In this document: one piece after another, positions 12,937 through 24,716 of the stretch
Numbering within the stretch: the stretch's first letter is position 1
How the letters are laid out: every line of letters begins with the position of its first letter
From: Eledone cirrhosa
Taxonomy: Eukaryota
Length of the DNA: 64,000 nucleotides
Assembly: GCA_964016885.1 (NCBI GenBank)
Contig: OZ024740.1
Location: forward strand, 68,014,001 to 68,078,000
Direction: 5' to 3'
The notes under the pieces: generated by a model
The model's input: only the letters and a program-made list of their open reading frames with translations
Databases searched by the model: none
Told to the model about the DNA's origin: nothing
Made by a program: the position numbers and the translations under genes

Positions 12937-13089
12937 ATACAAACACGCGCGCATATATATATTTATATATATATGCGCGTGTGTTCGTATGTGCGTGTGT
13001 TTGTTTGTTTGTGTGTATGTGTGTATGTGTGTATATGTGTGTGTGTATCAAATGTATGTGTGTAAGTTCGAAATGTTATTAGGGTCCGA

Positions 13090-13120
<31 letters not shown>

Positions 13121-13393
13121 CAAACACACATACACACATATATCTATCTCTAACATGCAATTGTTTTATGACACTCAGGCACACTCAAACACATGCTTAA
13201 CATTTTGACTATATCCCCGCCCAATCATTCAGATTGATATTTAAAGCGTCCACACCCATTTATTAAGGAATTGTTGCAGTAGAAATTCATTCAGGCAAGA
13301 GTAATTAACGCGTAATAAGAGAGGACGTGGACAGAACATATCAAATGGATGTGTGTAAGTTCGAAATGTTAATAGGGTCCGAACACACACACA

Positions 13394-13470
<77 letters not shown>

Positions 13471-13597
13471 TTATATAAATATATATATGGAGGTGGGTGC
13501 ATGAGTGTGTATATATAAATAAATATATATATATATATTTAAATTAATAAAAATAATGAATAAAAACAAAGAAACAGTTCCTTATATTAAAAAAAAT

Positions 13598-13735
13598 TCA
13601 TCATTTTACGATCGTTTCTAGGATATATATGTTTGTGTTGGTATGTATATCATATAGATCTATGTAAAATGTTTACAAACTATCAGAGGGAATATACATA
13701 CCTACACATATATATGCTGTCTTCAGAAATAATGA
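13598..13735 (-). ncRNA. Type I hammerhead with extended stem II (inverted-arm copy)
   Basis: Reverse complement of 15082-15219 with intact core. Confidence 0.75.
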
Positions 13736-13941
13736 TATTTGTATATTGAAAAAAACCAACTAAGATTTAATATAATAGGTCTGTTTGGGAACAGGTTTTG
13801 AATTGACCAATAGAAATGTAGTAAATGGTCAAGATGGTAAAATAGTAGTAATAGAACTTTCATTTAGGGGTAGAGAAAGGCAGATTTCAGTTTTGAATGG
13901 AAAGAGTATGATGAATGAAAATATTATTTTAGGGATGAAAA

Positions 13942-14325
13942 TGCCTTATTAATAACATAGTATATAAATGTAAAGTTAACACTAAGGACTCAATTTATTC
14001 ATATATAGGAGCTACTTCTAACCAATTTAAAGTAAGGTTTAATACCCACAAACACAGTTTTAAAAATACCGCATTAGCTAATACAGCATCTTTAGCTGAA
14101 ATAATTAATAATTATAGAAAGAGGAATATAGATTATGACCTGACCTGGAGTGTGCTCAAAAGGGCCACCCCTTATCAAAATAATAGATATGAATGTAGAT
14201 TATGTTCCCAGGAACTTTTTGAAATAATGAAATCTAAGGATATCCTATTAAATAAACGACATGAATTAATTATATCATGTAATCATAAACTGAGAATAAC
14301 TTTTAAGTATTATAAACCTAATTAA
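13942..14325 (+). pseudogene. GIY-YIG endonuclease fragment (absent from the ORF track: no start codon)
   Basis: CLINNIVYKCKVNTKDSIYSYIGATSNQFKVRFNTHKHSF...WSVLKRATPYQNNRYECRLCSQELFEI...LLNKRHELIISCNHK. Colinear with ORFs 17028-17762 and 48311-49678. Confidence 0.92.
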
Positions 14326-15081
14326 TATACACTTTAGAAATTATTATAATAACACTTTTTTAAAATTAGTTAACCTTTAATTAATATTCTGCTACTCATG
14401 AACTACATAATTTTATTTCCCTTTTGCAGCTATCTATTCCTAAAATTTATACCATTAAGTATACATATAAACTATTCTAATTTCAGGTTATGATTCTATG
14501 TTCCTTATAATCTATATAAATTTGTTATTTCTCACTAATACATTTAACCCCCCACCCCCCACCCCCACCCCCACCCCCCAATAATTATTATTATTATTTT
14601 TTTATTTTCCCTTCGTTTTTAACAGCACTCTTCAATTACATCTAACTCTTATTTATCATATCTATATGCATTAATATAAATTAATCAATATAAATATACC
14701 TATCAATTTAATTAATTTATTTTCTTTTTATAGATGTAAATTCCCTATATTTTAAATAAGATTGATATTTTTCACTAACACATTTATTGTAAAATTTTAT
14801 TCTCCTTAGATATTTACATTAGCATTATTCTTTTATAACATCAATTTTTCGTGTAGCTTTTACCGACTTGACCTATTTTCATCCCTAAAATAATATTTTC
14901 ATTCATCATACTCTTTCCATTCAAAACTGAAATCTGCCTTCCTCTACCCCTAAATTAAATTTCTATTACTACTATTTTACCATCTTGACCATTTACTACC
15001 TTTCTATTAGTCAATTCAAAACCTGTTCCCAAACAGACCTATTATATTAAATCTTTGTTGGTTTTTTTCAATAAACAAATA

Positions 15082-15219
15082 TCATTATTTCTGAAGACAG
15101 CATATATATGTGTAGGTATGTATATTCCCTCTGATAGTTTGTAAAAATGTTACATAGATCTATATGATATACATACCAACACAAACATATATATCCTAGA
15201 AACGATCGTAAAATGATGA
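15082..15219 (+). ncRNA. Type I hammerhead with about 100-nt stem II domain
   Basis: Stem I TCATTATTT/AAATGATGA, core CTGAAGA, long stem II (ATATATATGT..GGTATGTATAT with ATATACATACC..ACATATATAT), GAAA, palindromic stem III ACGATCGT, GUA site at 15208-15210. Confidence 0.78.
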
Positions 15220-15993
15220 ATTTTTAATATAAGGAACTGTTTCTTTGTTTTTATTCATTCTTTTTATTAATTTATCTTGACTCTGTTTTCCTGTATATTT
15301 CATCTGAAAACATTTTTTGAATACATCTTCTCTTTTCATGATATTCGGATTACATTGAGTTCTTCATACGGATTGGACACTACCGTATATTTTGGTAGAT
15401 TTATCTACAAATATATATGTATATATATATATATATATACCCACACACATATATATATATACACATATATATATATATAATGAAAAAAATGTGGACATCA
15501 GAAAACACTCTATACAGATCACGTAATATAACGAAAACAGATAATAAAAGAAAATAAAAGAAGATAAAAGAAAACGAACCTTATATATATATATATATAT
15601 ATTTCCGCTTTTGCTACGGACTGGTTCATGTACAGGTCATTTTTCGACCTCACTCGATCTTGTGCTAGCTGGCAGATGGCAATATATTTTGCCGTTCCTG
15701 GGACTTGAGCCCTAGGAAAGGAAAATGCTTCTCTAATGAACTTTGCTTTTCAATTAGAAATCCTATTGATTTCTAATGTGTTGTAAAGGGAAACCGATCG
15801 GTAAGAGCGACTGAGAGTAGGTAAATATTTGAATTATATTTTTTTATTTATTTAAAAACTTTTTGAATTTTCCTTGTTCTGCTTATCTCAATATTATAGT
15901 TCAGGTATGTCAAATTAATACCATTGAACAACCCTGTATCATAGTCAACCTATATATTTCCAGGGGTACTTAGTACCCGTGGGCATATTAACT

Positions 15994-16024
<31 letters not shown>

Positions 16025-17027
16025 GTAATAATAAATTTGAAGACTAAAATCCAAAGAGGGCTCGATAAGGATAAATATATATCAAATATATAAGAACCGT
16101 AGAGCAAATATTTATTAAAATAACAGATTAAAGTTTAAGCAAAGAATCGCTGCTTTCACCCTTAACGGATCTTCTGAAACTAACAAAGTCAATCTGTAAA
16201 CGCAGAAATGGATATTTCAAAAAACGTTGCAACCGGAGGAAGACAGGAAGAGGATACTTTGGTTCGTGGAAACATTCGCTGGCAAAGAACGGGAAAAAAC
16301 GAATATAATACGTCATTAATAGGAGCGGTGAAAAGCAATTACGCGCAAAGACAGAACCACGTTTATGGTATAAAAGAGGTCGTAGACTAATGTTCTCTTA
16401 GGAGGTGCATAGAGACGTTCTCTGGCAATGAACGAAAAAATGAAGATACTACGTCATATGTGGAGCGTGGAGAACAATAGCACGCAAAGACAAAACCACG
16501 TAAATGGTATAGCAGAAGTCGTAGACTAAATTCTAACTAGGAGACCGAATGAATCTCCGCTACAGAGTTAAGAACAAAGTAAATAAATACAATACAGAAG
16601 TAATAGAAATAAATAAATACAAACACGTAAACAAATACGTACATACACAAGCATACGCAAAAACTTACCATAGGTAAACAAAACCACGCACATATAAATA
16701 TGTGTGTGTGTGTAAGCGTGTCTACAAATAAATAAATAATTATGTAAACGTATATAAATAAATAAATACGTATATAACAAGCGCACACACATACCTACAT
16801 GTAAATACACGAATGTTCGGAGACGTAAGTCAACCAAAACATGAAGTACACATATACACACGCCCTACATACGTACGAAGCTGCATACTCACACAGACGC
16901 AAAACTCCCGTATACACATAGCCAAACCATATGTACCAGAAATATAAAAAAATGTATACGCCATAACAATCAAATATACGTACGCGAAGGTATACGTACC
17001 TTCACAAAACATACGGATAATATATAC

Positions 17028-17830
17028 TTACCTATGCAAATAAGTAAAGGTATAAACAAAACATATACTTAGCTCCCACATCGAGACGTAAAATATCCAC
17101 GTATAGATCGAACTATCCGTTAGGGTATAACGTGGGCTGTAATACAGGAAAGTTTTGTGCAATTTATGTTTACAAGCCGAAATTGCCTCAGATTTTTTGT
17201 TTAAGATTTGGTCTGTGGTGTAGAGTATTTCCAAGGCCTCAGCGGCGCAGAGGTCACATGGTCTTTTATTTCCGTTATACGATCTAGCCCTAGCTAGGAT
17301 GTCCCAGTGTAACTTATATTGGGTGTGGTTGTCTTTTAGACTCCAGATATAAGCTGAAAGTGACGTCATATTCCTTCTAAGAGGGTAACGAAAAGAATGG
17401 GTATGCATGTAAAGACGCTGCTTGAATCTATTGGCGGTTAACCCTATGTAGGCCCTACGGGACGTGGGTGATACAACCTTACATTTGTAGACAATGTTAC
17501 TAGAGAGGCAATTCCCGGATAGGGAGCAATCAACGTGATTCCTACAATTACAGTTAGTACTAACTTCAGGGTTGCACGTGTTCCTACGGCTAGGTAGTTT
17601 AGCTAAATTTGAAGCTGTGATGTTATGTGCAAGGTTAGGAGTCGTAGAGTAAGACATTTTAATAGTATTTCTATTAAAAATTTTACTATATTTATGTGTA
17701 GGGGGAAAATGCTTCGTAATAAGGGAAAGAAAGATCTTAGCTAATGGTGTGGCCACCTCCATATTATATGGTGGGTTATACCAACAAATGCGACGGGATC
17801 TATTTCTTCTAGGTCTATTTTAGTACTCTG
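17028..17830 (-). pseudogene. Linker + GIY-YIG of a Naiad-like PLE ORF, 5'-truncated, frame open
   Basis: RSRRICWYNPPY...KIFNRNTIKMSYS...CNCRNHVDCSLSGNC...IVYKC...YIGLTANRFKQR...CDLCAAE...LNKKSE..SACKHK. Confidence 0.92.
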
Positions 17831-17844
17831 TATATGCTACCTAC

Positions 17845-18294
17845 CAGCGTCTTTACATGCATACCCATTCTTTTCGTTACCCTCTTAGAAGGAATATGAC
17901 GTCACTTTCAGCTTATATCTGGAGTCTAAAAGACAACCACACCCAATATAAGTTACACTGGGATATCCTAGCTAGGGCTAGATCGTATAACGGAAATAAA
18001 AGACCATGTGACCTCTGTGCCGCTGAGGCCCTGGAAATACTCTACGCCACAGACCAAATCTTAAACAAAAAATCTGAGGCAATTTCGGCTTGTAAACATA
18101 AATTGCACAAAACTTTCCTGTATTACAGCCCACGTTATACCCTAACGGATAGTTCGATCTATACGTGGATATTTTACGTCTCGATGTGGGAGCTAAGTAT
18201 ATGTTTGTTTATACCTTTACTTATTTGCATAGGTAAGTATATATTATCCGTATGTTTTGTGAAGGTACGTATACCTTCGCGTACGTATATTTGA
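17845..18294 (+). pseudogene. Inverted duplicate of the GIY-YIG C-terminal half
   Basis: ORF 17857-18294 repeats the C-terminal part of ORF 17028-17762 almost exactly. Confidence 0.9.
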
Positions 18295-19084
18295 TTGTTA
18301 TGGCGTATACATTTTTTTATATTTCTGGTACATATGTTTTGGCTATGTGTATACGGGAGTTTTGCGTCTGTGTGAGTATGTAGGTTCGTACGTATGTAGG
18401 GCGTGTGTATATGTGTACTTCATGTTTTGGTTGACTTACGTCTCCGAACATTCGTGTATTTACATGTAGGTATGTGTGTGCGCTTGTTATATACGTATTT
18501 ATTTATTTATATACGTTTACATAATTATTTATTTATTTGTAGACACGCTTACACACACACACACATATTTATATGTGCGTGGTTTTGTTTACCTATGGTA
18601 AGTTTTTGCGTATGCTTGTGTATGTACGTATTTGTTTGCGTGTTTGTATTTATTTATTTCTATTACTTCTGTATTGTATTTATTTACTTTGTTCTTAAAT
18701 CTGTAGCGGAGATTCATTCGGTCTCCTAGTTAGAATTTAGTCTACGACTTCTGCTATACCATTTACGTGGTTTTGTCTTCGCGTGCTATTGTTCTCCGCG
18801 CTCCACATATGACGTAGTATCTTTGTTTGTTCGTTTATTGCCAGAGAACGTCTCTATGCACCACCTAAGAGAACATTAGTCTACGACCTCTTTTATACCA
18901 TAAACGTGGTTCTGTCTTTGCGCGTAATTGCTTTTCACCGCTCCTATTAATGACGTATTATATTCGTTTTTTCCCGTTCTTAGCCAGCGAATGTTTCCAC
19001 GAACCAAATTATCGTCTTCCTGTCTTCCTCCGGTTGCAACGTTTTTTGAAATATCCAGTTCTGCGTTTACAGATTGACTTTGTT

Positions 19085-19135
19085 AGTTTCAGAAGATCCC
19101 GTTAAGGGTGAAAGCAGCGATTCTTTGCTTAAACT
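19085..19135 (+). ncRNA. Hammerhead-like fold with variant core CAGAAGA (also 16132-16181 and 22973-23023, minus)
   Basis: Stem I AGTTT/AAACT, CAGAAGA, stem II CCC-gttaa-GGG, GAAA, stem III AGCA/TGCT, CUU triplet. Confidence 0.55.
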
Positions 19136-19696
19136 TTAATCTGTTATTTTAATAAATATATATATATATATATATATAAAGGGTCTTTATAACATGTACG
19201 AAAGTATACATATATATGTAGAGAGAGAGAGAGGAGGTATGTATGTGCGTGTGTGTATATGTATGTACACAAAAATACACTAATACACACACTTAAACCT
19301 TTACAAACGCTTGTATATATATATTGCGATGCTTTCTAAATTACGGCAAGCGGGAGTTATCTTAATTATCGCGTATATATAGTTGAGTGTTGGCATGTCT
19401 TACTCTGGATTGTGTACGCTTCGTGTTCATCCGTTTAGGTGTCCTATCGCACTGCATGACATGTTGGTTAATCAATTATCTTTGCTAAAAATTCGTGTGG
19501 ACCCAACCCTTTTTAGTGAAATTGGGTGATTAATAATAAAATATTGAAATGTTCATGTAGTTTATACTTGCAATATATAGGTCCGCACTTGTCATGTATG
19601 TTCAAGCTGATTGGGAATATGCTCCATAATTTACAGATAAATGATATAGAGAGATAATTGACTGATAGATGAATTAACAATAGATGATATATAAAA

Positions 19697-19780
<84 letters not shown>

Positions 19781-19784
<4 letters not shown>

Positions 19785-20383
19785 AACGTAATCTGAGTTT
19801 TTAGAATATTAATAATAACATTCGATCCGTTTGCAATTATGCAAACAAGCCTCAATTTTATAGCCATGTCAGTAGAATGTACCCTTCATTCTTGGTCTTG
19901 TGTTGGCATGTGAACAGAACTGCAGACACTAATGTTTCTGGGTATCACCATTCATCAGTACAGCTCTCTGTCCACCTGCCAAACTGTCAGAGCTAGTGAA
20001 AATATATGCTATTTTCAAAATTACACAGTGACTGATCGGCCTTATTTGTATATTAGCAGACTGGATGATCAGTCAGATCTGCATATTATATGATCCACTA
20101 CTCAGCCAGAATTGCATATCAGCAGACTGGCCAGTCAATTTCCTGTATAGGAGCGATAAACAGGTGAACAGTGAGCTGTTCTGATGAAGGGTGATACCCA
20201 AAAACATTAGTGTGAGCAGTTCTGTTCACATGCCAACACAAGAGCAAAAATGAAGGGTTCATTCTACTCTCATGGCTATGAAATTGAGGCTTATTTGCAC
20301 AATTGCAAACGAATCGAATGTTATTAATATTCGAAAAACTCAGATTACATTTATTGCATTCATCCATGTAGAGCGAACATTTT

Positions 20384-20387
<4 letters not shown>
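19781..20387. mobile_element. Non-coding PLE fold-back between TA tracts
   Basis: Arms about 19781-19978 and 20161-20355, tail 20356-20387, hammerhead in each arm. Confidence 0.8.
19917..19966 (-). ncRNA. Type I hammerhead ribozyme
   Basis: Minus: GAGCTGTA-CTGATGA-ATGGTGATACCCA-GAAA-CATTAGTG-TC-TGCAGTTC. 8-bp stem I with GU pairs, GUC site. The copy at 20173-20222 has GAAA>AAAA and GTC>GTG. Confidence 0.75.
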
Positions 20388-20445
<58 letters not shown>

Positions 20446-20452
<7 letters not shown>

Positions 20453-20604
20453 AGGTGAGTGAGAGGGAAGATTCATAACATGTATTAGAGCTTATGTTAA
20501 ACAACACTCAATAAAAAATGTGAAAAATTGTTCAACTTACTCTCATTGTTAATCTGCTAGTTGGGTGAGAATAATAAGTTGATGGAACTAAACACACACA
20601 CACA

Positions 20605-20687
<83 letters not shown>

Positions 20688-20833
20688 GTCAATACTCATA
20701 TTTTTCCATATCTCCGAGGGTTTTAACCCCACTATCAGGCTAAATAATTTCTTTAATTTCTTTATTCAAAATACGGCGATAGCTTACATTTATAATAATT
20801 TCAAACTCGCTGATTCGAAAATAATATTACTTA

Positions 20834-20881
<48 letters not shown>

Positions 20882-21067
20882 GTAAATATGTACATATATA
20901 TATGCCTGTGTGTGTGTGTGAGTGAAGTTCCATCAACTTATTATTCTCTCCCAACTAGCAGATTAACTATGAGAGTAAGCTGAAACATTTTTCACATTTT
21001 TTATTGAGTGTTGTTTAACGTGCTCTAATACCTGTTATACATTTTCTCTCTCACTCACCTATTGAAT
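20446..21067. repeat. Inverted duplication around a microsatellite-rich centre
   Basis: Arms about 20446-20590 and 20925-21067. The left arm begins at a TA tract. Confidence 0.85.
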
Positions 21068-21979
21068 CGTACAAGTTGTGAAATTGACCAGCTTACGCAC
21101 GTGGTTGGTCGAGATATGTAGAACTCAGACTCTAAACAGCGTGCTAACTCTATATCCCACTCTAATCGTTGGCATTTAACGTCCGGAAAGGTTTTAGGCA
21201 CTATCATTGTTACTGTCGCACTATTTATCGCCATGGGACTTGGAGACTAGAGCCGAATGCTACCATTCTATTGTACCACGATTGGAGACTGAATTTTTGT
21301 AATAACCAATTGTTCACTAACTTGTTAATTTGTGTTTGAGAATCGTTGGCTTATAGCGGGTGCAGAACTATTTGAATTTCGTCTCCTGCCATCACGTAAA
21401 TTGTTTCCTTACAATCTAATGAATAATTTAATCTATCACCATGTATTCAATAACAGTTTTACGTACAACATATGAATTTAGGCACAAATTCAGCGATTCT
21501 TGGTGAGGAGAATGGTAATTGTATTTGTAAACCATATGCGGCATATTTCATTAGAGATCTAATAACTAACAGATTTAAGCAACGCTTATAAACTACCAGA
21601 CATGTATTCATATTTATCTGTATTTCTGTCAACTCACAGACATTTGATTGATAAAAAGAAAACAAAGTAAATGAGCATATTGTCAGATCAGACCAATGAA
21701 TCAGTTTTCCATCGATGATTCCATTATTGATACATCCCCTCGGTAACAATTCTCGGAAGAAGGAAGAATTTGAACTCGGAAGGAGTGCAACAAATCTCCC
21801 TATCTAGCTTTTTAATAATTCCGCCATTCCTGAATTGTTATTTTTTTTATGACACCGAAAGGAGGAAAGGTGGAGTTGATCTCGGATGGATTTGAACATA
21901 GTGCGTAGAGAGCCAGAACCAATACACTCTGACGATTGTAACACAACGCCGATTTGAGTGATGTGGTACTAAATAATGA

Positions 21980-22410
21980 TTTCTAATATTGACACGATGC
22001 CACCAATTTGAAGAAGGGAACAGGCATGTTTATGGCCTCCATTGTATTACTGGTACTTTAATTTATTGACCACTTAAGGATGAAAGAGAAAGCTAACCTC
22101 TGTTGTATTTGAATTCCTAATTGATAAGGTACGCAACTATATGTACAAAGCATGTTATCCGACTTTCTACAGATACAGCCGATCCATCGCCCAAATGTTA
22201 TTCTAAATATTGTTTTCTACCTTTTTTTCTACTTTTTTACTTTTGAAAGAAAGAAAAAAATGACTAAATTGATCCCAGTGCGTTATTGGTTGTTTATTTT
22301 ATCGAGCTAGGAAGAATATATGGCAAAGCAGCCACGGTGAGAATTGAAATGACAATATAAAGGATGCTATGCCACAAACCATTTCCGATGCCTTAGTGAT
22401 ACTGCCTCTC
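21980..22410 (-). mobile_element. Two adjacent degenerate tRNA-derived SINE copies
   Basis: tactggtacttta...aaggatgaaag...atttgaattc and gatcccagtgcgttattgg...gaattgaaat match the SINE at 8283-8468. Confidence 0.6.
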
Positions 22411-22804
22411 CACGACTCTAATATGGTACTAAATAATAAAATATAATCTTCTCATACAATGACGATGCTGGTTTAGTTTATTTATCTAAGGACATCAGTA
22501 CTTGACAAGAGCACTTATTTCTATCAAGTGTTTTCATCAGAAGAACTAGCTGGGACAGAAGCTTATCACGTAGGAGTTTCCCACTTGAAATCTATTAATA
22601 AAACAAGTTACATTTTCAGAACCCCTGTTAAGTCCTCCACGCCTATGTGTGTGAAAATGTCTACTTGAAAGTAAATGCGCATTACCTCTAATGTATATGG
22701 CTTTCTCAGCCTGCTGTCTCTCTATCTGGTTGATTCTCCCCGTCTTTAACTATCTCTTGTATGCGTGTGCGAATGGATATATATATATATATATGGGTGT
22801 GTGA

Positions 22805-22860
<56 letters not shown>

Positions 22861-22920
22861 GTGTGTGTGTGTGTACGTGTGTATATATACGTATATATAT
22901 GCATATATCTGCATATAGAA

Positions 22921-22950
<30 letters not shown>

Positions 22951-22956
<6 letters not shown>

Positions 22957-23271
22957 TAAAATAACAGATTAAAGTTTAAGCAAAGAATCGTTGCTTTCAC
23001 CCTTAACGGGATCTTCTGAAACTAACAAAGTCAATCTGTAAACGCAGAAGTGGATATTTCAAAAAACGTTGCAACCGGAGGAAGACAGGAAGACGATTCT
23101 TTGGTTCGTGGAAAAGTTCCCTGGCAAAGAACGGGAAAAAACGTTCCGACGGCTATTTCTGGACAGGAAATAGCCCTCGAAACGGCTTGAGCTCTGCTGT
23201 CGGGGTCAAACATATTGAGTACTCTGGTGTGTTATGGTTCATCTGGTTCCTTACCACATTTCCTTTGCTAG
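22951..23271. mobile_element. Short family-B PLE arm fused to an unrelated 3' segment
   Basis: 22951-23141 matches 16109-16300. 23142-23271 has no match in family B. TA tracts on both sides. Confidence 0.8.
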
Positions 23272-23351
23272 ATATATATATATGTATGTATGTATAAATA
23301 TATATTTATACGTATGTATATATCTACAAACATCTATATGTATATATACGG

Positions 23352-23463
<112 letters not shown>

Positions 23464-23658
23464 TAGGTATAGGATTATCCTAGATGCAGTAATGGTTAAT
23501 TACTACACTGGATATGGTTGACGTACGGTGAGAGGTTACTCAACGCGTTATGGAAGAATTGTTGAAGAAACTTAGTTCCTGATCCTTCTGTATTCCGGAG
23601 TGTAGATAAAGAATGAATAATAACAGGTAGACATCATAAAAAGGTAATTTATTCCGTG

Positions 23659-23770
23659 TGCTTACAAATGTTTCCACGGTGGTTATACAGCCTAGTTATG
23701 CTATGTGCATATTTACCACTATTTGCAAAACTCAATTATCAAATGCTGTGACCACTGTATCATCAGAGCA
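23659..23770 (-). ncRNA. Hammerhead with extended stem II
   Basis: Minus: TGCT-CTGATGA-TACAGTGGT-CACAGC...GCTGTAT-AACCAC-CGTG-GAAACATTTGTA-AGCA. GUA site. The copy at 24954-25061 has GAAA>GACA. Confidence 0.7.
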
Positions 23771-24277
23771 GTATGGTTAAAATGTACAATGTAAATACCG
23801 TTAAGTGAGGTTATTGGAGAAGATAGAGTAGAAAAGGAAGAGATAAACGTAGGGGAGGGGAAGAGAGAGAGAAAGATATGCAGGGGTTGGAGAAATAGGA
23901 GAGAGTGGTTTGTAGATATCTTAATCAAAATGTTATGGTAGGGGTTTTATTATACTGGTTACTCTTAAAGCGACCACCTTAAGCGATGCGTTGATAGTCA
24001 AGGTTGGAATTATTTATTGCCCCAGAGGGCAGGTTCATAGATGTGGAGAGGGAGGGGGGTAGGTGAAAGGCGAGAGAGAGTGTGGAATGGATATAGAGGG
24101 AGAGATAGAGAGCGGACAGACGAAAGCTATGGGGTGGGTGAACTTTGGGTTCGTAGTAGTAATCTGCGAATTGCACTAAGTTACCATTTATAGTGATTAA
24201 GCAGGGTATTGTCTTGTAGTGTGGGGGAAGAGAAGGTGGTTAGCTAGAAAGCAATGCTATAGTTACGGGTTCGAATG

Positions 24278-24716
24278 TTAAGTTATTTTATAGTGAGAGA
24301 ATTTAGCTTTTAGTTTGTGGTTGCAGTATAATGATCGTTCGATTCTATCGTTAAGTAGTTTATTTTTGGATTTTAAGATGTAAAAGAGTTCAAGGTTACA
24401 TAACCTACAGTACTTCAATCCACTCCGATATGCACTTGCGCTGGAAAGTATATCCCATTTTAAGGTGAACCGTTGGTTGCGTTCACAGAGTTGCCAGGTC
24501 TAGTTGGCGAGCGTGGTCACAAAACGGTGATCAGGATGTTTAATTGAGAATCGATGACGGTACCAGCGAGATTTAAACGAGGTGGTGGTAGACCCGATGT
24601 AATACACTTTCTGGTCGTTCGATTCAACCGTGCATTGGTAAACAATGTTGGACTTTAGGCATTCATCCTTCAATGGACATCCTTCAGGTAGATGGCAGTT
24701 ACAGTTTTTGTTGTGT
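24278..24716 (-). pseudogene. GIY-YIG endonuclease with one in-frame TAG
   Basis: CNCHLPEGCPLKDECLKSNIVYQC...YYIGSTTTSFKSRWYRH...LAN*TWQL...WDILSSASAY...CRLCNLELFYI...LLNDR...CNHK. Confidence 0.9.

Larger units (their letters stand above)
13540..15412 (+). mobile_element. Naiad-like PLE, 5'-truncated, with inverted pseudo-LTR
   Basis: Arms about 13540-13941 and 14876-15274. GIY-YIG fragment 13942-14325. Tail about 15275-15412. TA tracts on both sides. Confidence 0.9.
16024..19159 (-). mobile_element. Naiad-like PLE (family B), young, with about 1.3 kb inverted arms
   Basis: Arms 16108-17420 and 17845-19159 are nearly identical. Single-copy spacer 17421-17844. Tail 16024-16107. TA tracts on both sides. 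Confidence 0.93.
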
